Source: an uncultured Candidatus Binatia bacterium
Lineage (GTDB): Bacteria; Desulfobacterota; Binatia; UBA9968; CAXXLF01
NCBI GenBank assembly: GCA_965218425.1
Contig: OZ244621.1
Coordinates: forward strand, 2,496,001-2,560,000
Reading direction: 5' to 3'
DNA: 64,000 nucleotides
The notes under the pieces were generated by a model. It worked only from the letters and a program-made list of their open reading frames with translations, searched no databases and had not been told where the DNA came from. The translations under genes and the position numbers were made by a program. Below are positions 11,618 through 20,783 of the stretch, in pieces (within the stretch, counting starts at the first letter, position 1; every line of letters starts with the position of its first letter).

Positions 11618-12781
11618 ATGATCCGCAATATTTATACTTTCGCCGTAGCCTTATTTGTCCTGGTGGGCTGCGCCACGGCTCCAATCACCGGAAGAAGGCA
11701 GTTGATGCTGATCTCTGAGAATACGGAGATCAGCCAGGGTGGGGAGGCCTATAAGGCGATTCTTCGCCAAAGCGTGATCTCACATAACCCTGAGGCGAAG
11801 AGAATCGTGCGCAAGGTGGGGGAGAAAATTGCGCGGGTAGCCAACAAGCCCAATTACAAATGGGAATTCACGGTGATCGATGACCCCGAGATGGCTAACG
11901 CCTTCGTGGTCCCTGGAGGAAAGGTTGCGGTGTATACGGGTATCTTTCCCGCCGCACGAGACGAGGCCGGATTGGCGGTGATCCTGGGTCATGAGGTGGC
12001 CCATGCCCTGGCCCGTCATGGGGCAGAGAGGATGAGCCGGGACCAGATCATTCAGCTCGGGGGCCTGGGGCTCGCTGCAGGTTTAGGGGGCAGTCCTCAA
12101 GTACTCCAGGCCTACGGTTTGGGCACCTCGCTTGGACTAGTTCTTCCCTTTAGCCGTTCGCAAGAACTGGAGGCGGACCGAATCGGCCTTAGGCTTATGG
12201 CGCAAGCAGGTTATGATCCTAGATCGTCACTGGATGTGTGGAAGCGCATGAAGCGCAGGGAGTCGGCCAAGGGACAAGGAGCGCCTCCAAGTTTTCTTTC
12301 AACCCACCCAGGCTATGAAAAGCGCACGCAGCAGCTGCGCGCCTGGATTCCCGAGGCCATACAGTACTATCGACCCACCAATCAAAGGGTGGAGTTGTTG
12401 CCGTCCCTCAAGGCGTTGGATTCCCCCAAAGCCAGAGCGGAGAGGGAATTGGTGAAACGAATTCAGGAAATTAATCAACTCATTGGAGACGCTCGTGGGG
12501 AGGGGGCGCTGTTTGAAACGCTGGGATACTATCTAAAAGCGAATCCTTACGCTCTCTATCAGGAAAGACAGAGGGTTCGATTGAGCTACGGTGAGTATAC
12601 AGCCTTGAGGGGTCTTTCCTCCAAGGGACGGACCTCCTTCGATCGGGTCTTGAGTCTCTATACCCGTGGTACAAATTGGACTAATATGACACAGCGCTAC
12701 AGTGTTTCCATAACCGACCTGCTCTCATTCCTTCGCCGCATATGGAGCACCACTGCCAAGGTCCGGGGGCGATTGCGCTAG
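11618..12781 (+). CDS. M48 family metallopeptidase lipoprotein with a C-terminal extension
   Basis: Lipobox LVGC, NAFVVPGGK, HEVAH zinc motif, QELEADRIG and FLSTHP. Confidence 0.9.
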   Translation: MIRNIYTFAVALFVLVGCATAPITGRRQLMLISENTEISQGGEAYKAILRQSVISHNPEAKRIVRKVGEKIARVANKPNYKWEFTVIDDPEMANAFVVPGGKVAVYTGIFPAARDEAGLAVILGHEVAHALARHGAERMSRDQIIQLGGLGLAAGLGGSPQVLQAYGLGTSLGLVLPFSRSQELEADRIGLRLMAQAGYDPRSSLDVWKRMKRRESAKGQGAPPSFLSTHPGYEKRTQQLRAWIPEAIQYYRPTNQRVELLPSLKALDSPKARAERELVKRIQEINQLIGDARGEGALFETLGYYLKANPYALYQERQRVRLSYGEYTALRGLSSKGRTSFDRVLSLYTRGTNWTNMTQRYSVSITDLLSFLRRIWSTTAKVRGRLR

Positions 12782-13087
12782 GGACTGCGACTCCATGCCC
12801 GGACGTGATCAAGTAGCTGATTTATCACGAGTTGCTGGTTCCCCGGCCTGTTGAGAAGCGTCGTTTAGCCTGATTGTACCACTGGGAATTAACGGCTGGG
12901 GAGGTCCCAGCCGCTTTATAACTCCCTTGGGTCTACGGAGAAAGAATCCTTTAAGAAATGTAGCCCAGTGGGGTGGTGTCCTTTGACAAAGGAGGCGATT
13001 CCAGTTAAACATATAAATAGATTCCTCCAGGGAGGGTAAAGATTAAAAGCACCACGCCACATTGGCAACAGGACAGAGTTAGGCAGC

Positions 13088-13118
13088 GAAATGCACCCAT
13101 ACGGGTGCATTTCTTTTT
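13088..13118 (+). terminator. intrinsic terminator-like hairpin just upstream of the zinc-ribbon gene
   Basis: Perfect 11-bp stem GAAATGCACCC-ATAC-GGGTGCATTTC followed by TTTTT. Confidence 0.6.
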
Positions 13119-13133
13119 CGTGTCACAGGAGGT

Positions 13134-13868
13134 TTGAAGTTGCGTGAGCAAATAGAGGTGTTGACGTTACTACAGAATATGGACAGGCAGATCCGTGAGA
13201 AGACCATAGCCAAAGAGGAACTGCTGGCTGAGATTCATACAAGGGAAAAACGAATAGAAGCGCAAAAGGCCGATGGCGGGACACTCAGAGCCGAGTGGGA
13301 GAAAAAAGATAAGTTGCGCCGGGATAAAGAGAAAGAATTGCAGGACGAGGGCAGGAAGGCCGCGGAAAAAAGAATGAAGATGAACCAGATCAAAAACATC
13401 AAAGAGATGCAGGCTATCCAGCGGGAGATCGATCAGATCAAACAAGGCAATACTCAGTTAGAAGAGGAGCTGATATCGGTTTTGGAGGAGCTGGAAGCAC
13501 AAGGTAGTATCCTCAAAGAAAAAGAGCAGGAGCTCAAGACCATGGAAGAGGAGTGGCAAGGGAAACGCCAGGAGGTGGAAGCGCGATTGGCTGAGCTCGA
13601 CCAAGCGGTTACGGAAGCTTCCAAAACCCGTGGAGAAACAGCATCTCGGCTCAATGGGGATCTCATCGGACGCTATGAGATGATATTCGCTCGTCGCGGG
13701 GGGGTTGCAGTGGTGATGGCATCCGGTGGAATTTGTCAAGGGTGCCATATGAATATCCCGCCACAGTTGTGGAACGAGATCATCAGGAGCGATAAGCTCA
13801 TTCTTTGCCCCAGTTGCACTCGGATCCTTTACTACAATCCGCCGGTTTCCGACGACAAGCAAACCTAG
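13134..13868 (+). CDS. coiled-coil protein with C4-type zinc ribbon (DUF164 / CT398-like)
   Basis: Long heptad-rich helix ending in CQGCHMNIPPQ...CPSCTRILY; TTG start after AGGAGG; position before rnhA-rnpB is a familiar arrangement. Confidence 0.9.
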   Translation: MKLREQIEVLTLLQNMDRQIREKTIAKEELLAEIHTREKRIEAQKADGGTLRAEWEKKDKLRRDKEKELQDEGRKAAEKRMKMNQIKNIKEMQAIQREIDQIKQGNTQLEEELISVLEELEAQGSILKEKEQELKTMEEEWQGKRQEVEARLAELDQAVTEASKTRGETASRLNGDLIGRYEMIFARRGGVAVVMASGGICQGCHMNIPPQLWNEIIRSDKLILCPSCTRILYYNPPVSDDKQT

Positions 13869-13876
13869 AGTCCAAC

Positions 13877-14299
13877 ATGGAGCACCCGGGAGAATGGTGT
13901 CTCATGGTGGATGGAGCATCGAGAGGAAACCCCGGTGAGGCAGGTTGTGGTGCGGTCATCTACGATGAGCATGGCGAGGTATTGAAGGAGTTCTCCTCCT
14001 ATCTCGGTTACTCGACAAATAACGTGGCTGAGTATCGCGGGCTTCTGATGGGCCTAGAGGGAGTGCTTAAGCTAGGTGGGAGAAAACTCCAGGTCCGCAG
14101 CGATTCGGAACTCCTGGTCCGCCAGCTCAATGGGGTTTATCGCGTCAAGGATGAAAAGCTAAAGGTCCTTTATAGGAAGGCACTGGATTTATTGGCTCGG
14201 CTCGATGCTTATCGTATCATTCATGTTCGGCGGGAATACAACAAGGATGCAGATAGGCTTGCCAACCTAGCCATCGACGAGGCGCCCCATGGTCGTTGA
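13877..14299 (+). CDS. rnhA: ribonuclease HI
   Basis: DGASRGNPG, TNNVAEY, DSELLVRQ and HVRREYNKDAD. Confidence 0.92.
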   Translation: MEHPGEWCLMVDGASRGNPGEAGCGAVIYDEHGEVLKEFSSYLGYSTNNVAEYRGLLMGLEGVLKLGGRKLQVRSDSELLVRQLNGVYRVKDEKLKVLYRKALDLLARLDAYRIIHVRREYNKDADRLANLAIDEAPHGR

Positions 14300-14378
14300 T
14301 AAAATCACTGGTTACTTGTGAAAGCCATAAATGGCCTGTAAATGAGTAATGAATGAAGAGACCAATGAAAGAGAAGTC

Positions 14379-14842
14379 GGGCTGAAGCGGATCAAGCGGT
14401 CGCTCCCTTCCGCCGTGAACAACGGCGGCGGGGAGAGGAAAGTCCGGACTCCATAGGACAAGGTGGCTGCTAACGGCGGCCCCGAGTAATCGGGGGAAAG
14501 TGCCACAGAAAAGATACCGCCCCGTGAAAAAATAGCTCTGGAATCATATTGAAACACCAGAGACCTAAGATTTCTATTTAGGATCATTCCCCGCGCGGGC
14601 AAAACGCTATTTCATGGGGTAAGGGTGAAAAGGCGAGGTAAGAGCTCACCGGTCCACCAGCGATGGTGGATGCTGGGTAAACCCCACCTGGAGCAAGACC
14701 AAATAGGAGGGTTGGGTGGTCCGCCCGTAACCCTCGGGTAAGGTCGCTGGACCCCATGAGCAATCATGGGGCAAGAGGAATGATCGCTAAGGCCTCTTAT
14801 TAAGGGACCTCACAGAATCCGGCTTACGATCCACTTTAGCCC
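14379..14842 (+). ncRNA. rnpB: RNase P RNA (type A)
   Basis: GAGGAAAGTCCGGACTC, AGTGCCACAGAAA, GGTAAACCCC...GAGCAAG and ACAGAATCCGGCTTA; P1 formed by GGGCTGAAGCGGATC / GATCCACTTTAGCCC. Confidence 0.96.
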
Positions 14843-14907
14843 ATATCCTATCCTGTTCCCATCCGAACGTCAGGCCTGCGTTTTTTCTTGACTGTTCGTC
14901 CTTGTTT

Positions 14908-14964
14908 TAACTATATGTAGTGCTTTTGGGGCTCTATGATTTAGAAACCAACTATATGTTGGTG
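14908..14964 (+). promoter_or_regulatory. two tandem NrdR-box-like palindromes, 41 bp apart
   Basis: TAACTATATGTAGTGC (14908-14923) and CAACTATATGTTGGTG (14949-14964) compared with the NrdR consensus acaCwAtATaTwGtgt. Confidence 0.55.
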
Positions 14965-15001
14965 TGGGAGGGAAAAGATTCTTTAAGCATCAATTTTTTT
15001 G

Positions 15002-15056
15002 TTGACAGAGATTTTGGAGGGGACTATAGTCGGCCACTATGTGGGATAAAGTGGGA
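15002..15056 (+). promoter_or_regulatory. sigma70 promoter of the dcw cluster plus MraZ-binding direct repeats
   Basis: TTGACA (15002-15007), 17-bp spacer, TATAGT (15025-15030); GTGGGA repeats at 15041 and 15051 (10-bp period) resemble known MraZ boxes. Confidence 0.75.
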
Positions 15057-15076
15057 TTAAATCCCATTAAAACCCT

Positions 15077-15535
15077 ATGCATATGTTCCGTGGCAGATAC
15101 GAACACACTATAGATACCAAGGGACGTCTTAGTGTCCCCTCCCGATTCCGTGAAGTCCTTCTCGGCAAAGGCGACGAGCGTTTGGTGATCACCAACTTCG
15201 TCATCGATTCCATGCGCTGCTTGGATGTCTACCCTTTGGACGAATGGTTGCACTTCGAAGAAGAGATAAAGAAAAAACCAAAGTTTGATCGACGCATGAT
15301 GATGTTCCAGAATTACTATCTTGCCGGTGCCTGCGAATGTGACGTCGATAAGCAGGGTCGTATTCTTATCCCGCCACTGCTGCGCCAATATGTGGGCCTC
15401 AAGCGAGACGCGGTGCTCGTGGCAGCATTGGAGAAGTTCCGTGTGTGGGACAAGGAAACGTGGAAAAAGGTCTTCTCTGAGGCCGAGGACAAGCTAATGC
15501 AAGATCCCGATTTTCTAAGTGACTTGGGGCTGTAA
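15077..15535 (+). CDS. mraZ: dcw cluster transcriptional regulator MraZ
   Basis: MFRGRYEHTIDTKGRLSVP and DKQGRILIP (two DxxGR motifs). Confidence 0.96.
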   Translation: MHMFRGRYEHTIDTKGRLSVPSRFREVLLGKGDERLVITNFVIDSMRCLDVYPLDEWLHFEEEIKKKPKFDRRMMMFQNYYLAGACECDVDKQGRILIPPLLRQYVGLKRDAVLVAALEKFRVWDKETWKKVFSEAEDKLMQDPDFLSDLGL

Positions 15536-15596
15536 TGCAAAAGGTCATTGAGGTCCACTGTCCAATAAAGGAACGGTGTGCCAGGGGAGGGACAGC

Positions 15597-15959
15597 ATGC
15601 TGGAGCGCAACGTCATTCAAGACATCTCTGTAATCGACATTAATGGCGATATCGATTTTCGAGAGATGGTACGCATCAAAGAGGTCATCGGCTCGTTGAT
15701 CGAGAGGGACAAGATAAAAGTTGTTTTGAATCTAAAGGCCGTGGATCACATCAATTATTTGAGCATTGGTGTGCTACTGGAGCGGCTGAAGATCTTAAGA
15801 AGTCTTAATGGAGATTTGAAGCTTGCAGGCATGAGTCCGTACCTGCGAACCATTTTCAGGGTTGTGGGAATGGACCAGTGCTTTGAGGAGTACACCTCCC
15901 TGGAGGAAGCCATTGAGAGTTTTGGGGACGATTGGGAAGGGAGTGGAACCTATCACTAA
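15597..15959 (+). CDS. STAS-domain protein (anti-sigma factor antagonist-like)
   Basis: ISVIDINGDID...VVLNLKAVDHI...GDLKLAGMSPYLRTIFRVVGM...SLEEAIESF; ATG 15597 after GGAGG. Confidence 0.85.
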   Translation: MLERNVIQDISVIDINGDIDFREMVRIKEVIGSLIERDKIKVVLNLKAVDHINYLSIGVLLERLKILRSLNGDLKLAGMSPYLRTIFRVVGMDQCFEEYTSLEEAIESFGDDWEGSGTYH

Positions 15960-15962
15960 GAG

Positions 15963-16922
15963 ATGGTCTTGATGACCGCTTCCCATGCACCGGTGATGGC
16001 GCCTGAGGTTTTGGAACTTCTGAATCCTGAGTCGGGTAATAGATACTTGGATGGGACCCTGGGAGGAGGCGGGCATGTGGAACAGATGCTGGAGAGGAGC
16101 AGTCCAGACGGACAAGTTCTGGGTCTAGATCTGGATGGAGACGCCATCACTGCCGCTCGGCAGAAGTTGGCCCGTTTTGGCGATCGTCTCGTGACACGAT
16201 GGGCGAATTTTACAAAGGCGGGAGAAGTTTTGGAAGAACTGAAATGGGGTAAGGTGAATGGGATTCTCCTTGACCTGGGGCTCTCATCCCTTCAGATGGA
16301 TTCCCCGGAGCGAGGTTTCGGCTTCCAGAATGACGCGCGGCTGGATATGCGCATGGATCGCCGGCAAAGCCTGGATGCCTACCAAGTCGTGAATATGTTT
16401 CCAGCGGCTCACCTCGGACGCTTGTTTCGGGATTACGGGGAGGAGCGTTGGGCGCGTCCTATTGCCATGACCATTGCCGCTGAGCGCAAGAAGACGCCCA
16501 TTGTGACGACCAAACAACTGGCAGATATCGTAGCCGCAACGGCGACGAAGAAAAAATCCGGCTCTGACCGCAGAAAAGAAAAGATCCATCCGGCCACCCG
16601 TGTCTTTCAGGCGTTGAGGATCCTAGTGAATCGTGAATTGGAGAACCTGGAGTCATTCTTGGACAACGCCTACCAATTGCTCCTCAGCCATGGTCGCATG
16701 GTTGTCATTTCATTCCATTCACTGGAGGATCGCGCAGTCAAACGGGCCTTTTTAAAGTGGAGCAGGAGTTGTCTTTGTCCTCCCAAGGCTCCCGTGTGTC
16801 GCTGCGGATGGAGCCGGAAGGCAAAGATCTTGACACGGAAGCCCTTGCTTCCTTCACCGGATGAGGTCCGAATGAATCCGCGTGCCCGCTCGGCCAAGCT
16901 TCGCGCCGTGGAGGGAATTTAA
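15963..16922 (+). CDS. rsmH: 16S rRNA m4C1402 methyltransferase
   Basis: HAPVM, DGTLGGGGH, DLGLSS, HPATRVFQALRI, SFHSLEDR and NPRARSAKLR. Confidence 0.97.
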   Translation: MVLMTASHAPVMAPEVLELLNPESGNRYLDGTLGGGGHVEQMLERSSPDGQVLGLDLDGDAITAARQKLARFGDRLVTRWANFTKAGEVLEELKWGKVNGILLDLGLSSLQMDSPERGFGFQNDARLDMRMDRRQSLDAYQVVNMFPAAHLGRLFRDYGEERWARPIAMTIAAERKKTPIVTTKQLADIVAATATKKKSGSDRRKEKIHPATRVFQALRILVNRELENLESFLDNAYQLLLSHGRMVVISFHSLEDRAVKRAFLKWSRSCLCPPKAPVCRCGWSRKAKILTRKPLLPSPDEVRMNPRARSAKLRAVEGI

Positions 16923-16992
16923 AGGCTGGGGGCATGACCGTAGCTTTAGGCAGAAAGAGATAAGCGGAGGGTCTCCCCCCAGAAGGCAGAAA

Positions 16993-17283
16993 ATGGGGAA
17001 GGTGGGCGAAAGGGTTTTGACGGGAAACTTGATGGCTGCGATTTTTTTGGTGGCCTGTTTGGTGAGTCTTGCCCTGGCTCATGTGTGGTCACGACTCCAG
17101 GTGGTACACCTTGGATACGTCCTGGCCACCACGAGCAAGCTGCATGGCCAACTGGAGCAGGAGAACCGCGAGCTTAAACTGGAGCTTGCGACTTTGACCT
17201 CACCGGATCGATTGCAAGCATTGGCCCGTTCACGTCTAGGTCTGAGGGAGCCAGAGCAGGGTCAGGTGGTGGTTCTCCCATGA
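16993..17283 (+). CDS. ftsL: cell division protein FtsL
   Basis: One TM segment followed by a leucine-zipper (LEQENRELKLELATL); lies between rsmH and ftsI; start codon uncertain. Confidence 0.85.
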   Translation: MGKVGERVLTGNLMAAIFLVACLVSLALAHVWSRLQVVHLGYVLATTSKLHGQLEQENRELKLELATLTSPDRLQALARSRLGLREPEQGQVVVLP

Positions 17284-19235
17284 AAGGAAATGTTAAAGCC
17301 ATTAAGTTCAGGCTAGCCTTGGCGGGGGCGGTGTTTCTCATGATGTTCCTAGCGGTGGGGCTACGTGCGTTCCAACTTCAAATGATTCAAGGCGAGAAAC
17401 TCAAACGGCTGGGAGAAAAACAACGTCTTCAAGAATGGACCGCCCTTCCAAGGCGCGGATCGATTTTGGACCGAAACGGAGAACCTCTGGCCATTAGCCT
17501 AGAAGCTCAATCGGTCTATATCAGACCACGGCGTGTCAAGAATCCAGAGCGAACGGCTACTCAATTGGCAATGGCCCTGGGCATGAAACAAAGACAGTTA
17601 CGACAGAGGGTCAAAGCGGAAAAACCGTTTGTCTGGGTCAAGCGCCAGGCGACGCCGAAAGAGGTTCAGAGGGTTCGAGCCCTCAGGTTAGAAGGGGTGG
17701 GGATGTATTACGAACCCAAACGTTATTATCCTCATGGACGGCTTGCGGGACAGATGCTCGGATTCGTGGGAAGGGACTCCCAGGGACTTGAAGGCGTCGA
17801 GAGGTATTACGATAAATTCATTCGCGGCGAGCTCGGCTCATCAATTGTGGAGCAGGATGCGCTTGGACGCAAAGTGATGGTGCAAGGAGTGGAGAGGCTG
17901 GAGGTCCCCCCGGGGGCGGATTTCCACCTCACCCTGGACGCCTCCATTCAGAGTTTGGTGGAAAAACAATTAGAGGCCACCGTAACCAGATTTCGGGCCA
18001 AGGCAGGGACAGCGGTTCTTGTGGAACCTTCTACGGGAGCGGTCTTGGCCATGGCCAACTTTCCGTTCTTCAATCCAAATCGTATTTCCCGGTTCTCATC
18101 CCATCAGTGGCGTAATCGGTCCGTGACGGATAGTTTCGAACCAGGGTCAACTTTCAAGCCCATTGGGGCCGCCGCGGCTCTGGAAGAGGGGATAATAGGC
18201 AAGGAGGATCTTTTTGATTGTGAGTTGGGTCGATACTCCTATGGGGGGCGAATTATCAAGGATGAAAAAAAGCGCGGTTGGCTGACCCTAGACGAGATCA
18301 TCAAGTACTCCAGCAATATCGGGGTCACCAAGATCGTGCATAAGCTTAATAAGGATAGATATTATAAATACATTCGAAAGTTTGGGTTTGGCCAGCCCAC
18401 GGGCATCGATTTACCCGGAGAGGCCAAGGGACTGGTCCGGTCCCCTTCTCGGTGGAGCCGCGTGGATCTTGCGACCCACGCTTTTGGGCAGGGTATTGCA
18501 GTGACTCCCATACAGATGGTGATGGCCTATGCTGCCATCGCCAATGATGGTTTACTCATGCGACCTTATGTGGTGCGTCGGGTGGTGGACTCTGATGGGA
18601 AGGTTCTAGTGGAACATAAATCCCATGTGGTGCGTCGTGTCGTCACTCAGAAGACGGCACGCGAATTAACGTCTATTTTGCAGGGTGTGGTTAGTGATGG
18701 CGGGACCGGTGCCAGGGCGGGAATTGAAGGGTTTCATGTGGCAGGGAAAACCGGTACGGCACAGAAGCCGGATTTGATCAACGGAGGGTATTTACCCGAG
18801 AAGAGAATTGCATCCTTTGTGGGGTTTGTCCCTGCGGAGGATCCCCGGATGGTCCTGTTAGTATTGTTGGATGAACCCCAGGTGAGTGTCTATGGTGGTG
18901 TGGTGGCTGCTCCTTTGTTTCGTCATATTGCCCGTGGAACTTTGCGGCACCTTGGGGTCGTGCCGCAACGGCGAGTCACCATGACACTGCCCGCAACGGG
19001 CGGGCCGAAAATGGTTCAAGTGAAACACGAGACTCTGGCGGTGCCCAGGAGAAGGAGAGCCTTTGGGTTTCCGAATTTCCAGGGCTTGAGCATGCGCGAA
19101 GCGGTGACCCGGGCTAGCGTGCTAAAGCTTCAGGTTAGGCTTCATGGGCACGGTTACGTGGTGGGACAGTCACCTGCCCCTGGTTTAGGTTGGCGTCATG
19201 GCAATACCCTGACCCTGACTCTAAGGGATCGCTGA
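17280..19235 (+). CDS. ftsI: peptidoglycan transpeptidase FtsI (PBP3) with C-terminal PASTA domain
   Basis: RGSILDRNG, EPGSTFK (SxxK), SSNIG (SxN), GKTGTAQK, and a PASTA-like C-terminus. Confidence 0.95.
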   Translation: MKGNVKAIKFRLALAGAVFLMMFLAVGLRAFQLQMIQGEKLKRLGEKQRLQEWTALPRRGSILDRNGEPLAISLEAQSVYIRPRRVKNPERTATQLAMALGMKQRQLRQRVKAEKPFVWVKRQATPKEVQRVRALRLEGVGMYYEPKRYYPHGRLAGQMLGFVGRDSQGLEGVERYYDKFIRGELGSSIVEQDALGRKVMVQGVERLEVPPGADFHLTLDASIQSLVEKQLEATVTRFRAKAGTAVLVEPSTGAVLAMANFPFFNPNRISRFSSHQWRNRSVTDSFEPGSTFKPIGAAAALEEGIIGKEDLFDCELGRYSYGGRIIKDEKKRGWLTLDEIIKYSSNIGVTKIVHKLNKDRYYKYIRKFGFGQPTGIDLPGEAKGLVRSPSRWSRVDLATHAFGQGIAVTPIQMVMAYAAIANDGLLMRPYVVRRVVDSDGKVLVEHKSHVVRRVVTQKTARELTSILQGVVSDGGTGARAGIEGFHVAGKTGTAQKPDLINGGYLPEKRIASFVGFVPAEDPRMVLLVLLDEPQVSVYGGVVAAPLFRHIARGTLRHLGVVPQRRVTMTLPATGGPKMVQVKHETLAVPRRRRAFGFPNFQGLSMREAVTRASVLKLQVRLHGHGYVVGQSPAPGLGWRHGNTLTLTLRDR

Positions 19236-19237
19236 GA

Positions 19238-20773
19238 ATGCGGCTTAAGAATCTTATTGAAACGGGTGAGGTACAAGAGGTCCAGGGGAAGGTGGCCCAA
19301 ACCGTAGGTGGGCTAGCGTATGATTCTAGAAAAGTGAGACAAGGGGACGTGTTCTTCGCCGTTCCCGGTATATATGCCGATGGACATGATTTTGTAAACC
19401 AGGCGGTGGAGCAGGGGGCTGTGGCCGTGGTGGCGGAACGCGGGGTGCCTGTTCCACCGGAAGTAACCTGGATTCGAGTACAAAATGTGAGGCGGACCAT
19501 GGGCCAGTGGGCCGGTGTCTTTTATGACCATCCCAGCCGCAGCATGGTTTTGGTGGGTGTGACAGGAACCAATGGTAAAACAACAGTCACTTATCTCCTC
19601 GAGTCAATCTTTGGGGCCGCAGGGATACCATGTGGCGTCATCGGTACCATAAATTATCGATTTCACAATCAGACCTTTCCGGCCCCCCATACAACGCCAG
19701 AATCCGTGGACCTGCAAAGGTTACTCGCGGAAATGGCACAAGCCGGCGTTCAGTCCATGGGAATGGAAGTATCGTCGCATGCCTTAGACATGGAACGGGT
19801 GAGGGGCATTGATTTTGACGGCGCGCTCTTTACGAATCTCTCCCATGACCATCTCGATTACCACGGAGACATGGATCGATATTTTATTTCCAAGAGCAGG
19901 CTTTTTACGGATTATCTGACCGAGAGTTGGAAGGCAAAAAAATTTGCCGTGATTCATGGTGCGGACCCGCGTGGCCCAGAGATTTTGGAAAAGGTGTGCG
20001 GCAGTGGAATTGACGTGGTGAGCTATGGGTGTAGCAAGGAATGGGATGTCCATCCCGTAGAACTCAAGAACGACTTAAATGGCATTAGGGGAAGAATTCG
20101 AGTCAAGGGTCAAGAGCTGGATTTTTCCACGAGTCTCGTTGGCACGCCCAATCTGGAAAACATTCTGGGAGCGGTGGGAGTCGGAATGGCCTTGGACCTA
20201 CCCATGGACATGATTGCAGAGGGTATTGCCAGGCTGGACTCGGTTCCCGGGAGGTTGGAGCGAATTAGCAATGCTCTAGGCATTACGGTGTTGGTGGACT
20301 ATGCCCATACCCCTGATGCTCTGGAGAAAGTGCTCCAGGCCCTAGGCCCCATGAGTGGGGGGCGTCTCATCACCCTCTTTGGTTGTGGCGGTGATCGAGA
20401 TCGAGGGAAAAGGCCGGTGATGGGTGAAATTGCCGCCCGAAACAGCGATCTCGTGGTGCTGACATCTGACAATCCTCGGACGGAAGATCCCCTACAAATT
20501 CTGGAGGAAGTAGAGGAGGGAATCCAAAGGGCCGGACTCCAGAGACATTCGGGTTCAGCCTCTTCCATACCTGACTTGGACCAGGAGAAAGGCTACTGGG
20601 TTGAACCCGATCGTCGCGCCGCCATTGGGTTGGCGCTTTCCCTAGCGCACATGGGTGACTTGATCATCATCGCGGGGAAAGGCCATGAAGACTACCAGAT
20701 TCTGGGCACGAGGCGAGTTCGCTTTGACGACAGAGAGGTGGTCCGAGAAGAGTTAACACGATTAACGGCCTGA
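19238..20773 (+). CDS. murE: UDP-MurNAc-Ala-Glu:meso-DAP ligase
   Basis: GVTGTNGKTT, HTTPES, MEVSSH, DYAHTPD, and DNPR (meso-DAP specificity motif). Confidence 0.96.
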   Translation: MRLKNLIETGEVQEVQGKVAQTVGGLAYDSRKVRQGDVFFAVPGIYADGHDFVNQAVEQGAVAVVAERGVPVPPEVTWIRVQNVRRTMGQWAGVFYDHPSRSMVLVGVTGTNGKTTVTYLLESIFGAAGIPCGVIGTINYRFHNQTFPAPHTTPESVDLQRLLAEMAQAGVQSMGMEVSSHALDMERVRGIDFDGALFTNLSHDHLDYHGDMDRYFISKSRLFTDYLTESWKAKKFAVIHGADPRGPEILEKVCGSGIDVVSYGCSKEWDVHPVELKNDLNGIRGRIRVKGQELDFSTSLVGTPNLENILGAVGVGMALDLPMDMIAEGIARLDSVPGRLERISNALGITVLVDYAHTPDALEKVLQALGPMSGGRLITLFGCGGDRDRGKRPVMGEIAARNSDLVVLTSDNPRTEDPLQILEEVEEGIQRAGLQRHSGSASSIPDLDQEKGYWVEPDRRAAIGLALSLAHMGDLIIIAGKGHEDYQILGTRRVRFDDREVVREELTRLTA

Positions 20774-20783
20774 ACGGTTTTTC

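Noticed and set aside
14312..14602. 96-aa minus-strand ORF
   Set aside because: Antisense to rnpB; a typical spurious call
16934..16963. Out-of-frame ATG mini-ORF (MTVALGRKR*) before ftsL, suggesting a frameshift
   Set aside because: An in-frame ATG at 16993 gives a plausible 96-aa FtsL; a frameshift cannot be supported without orthologs
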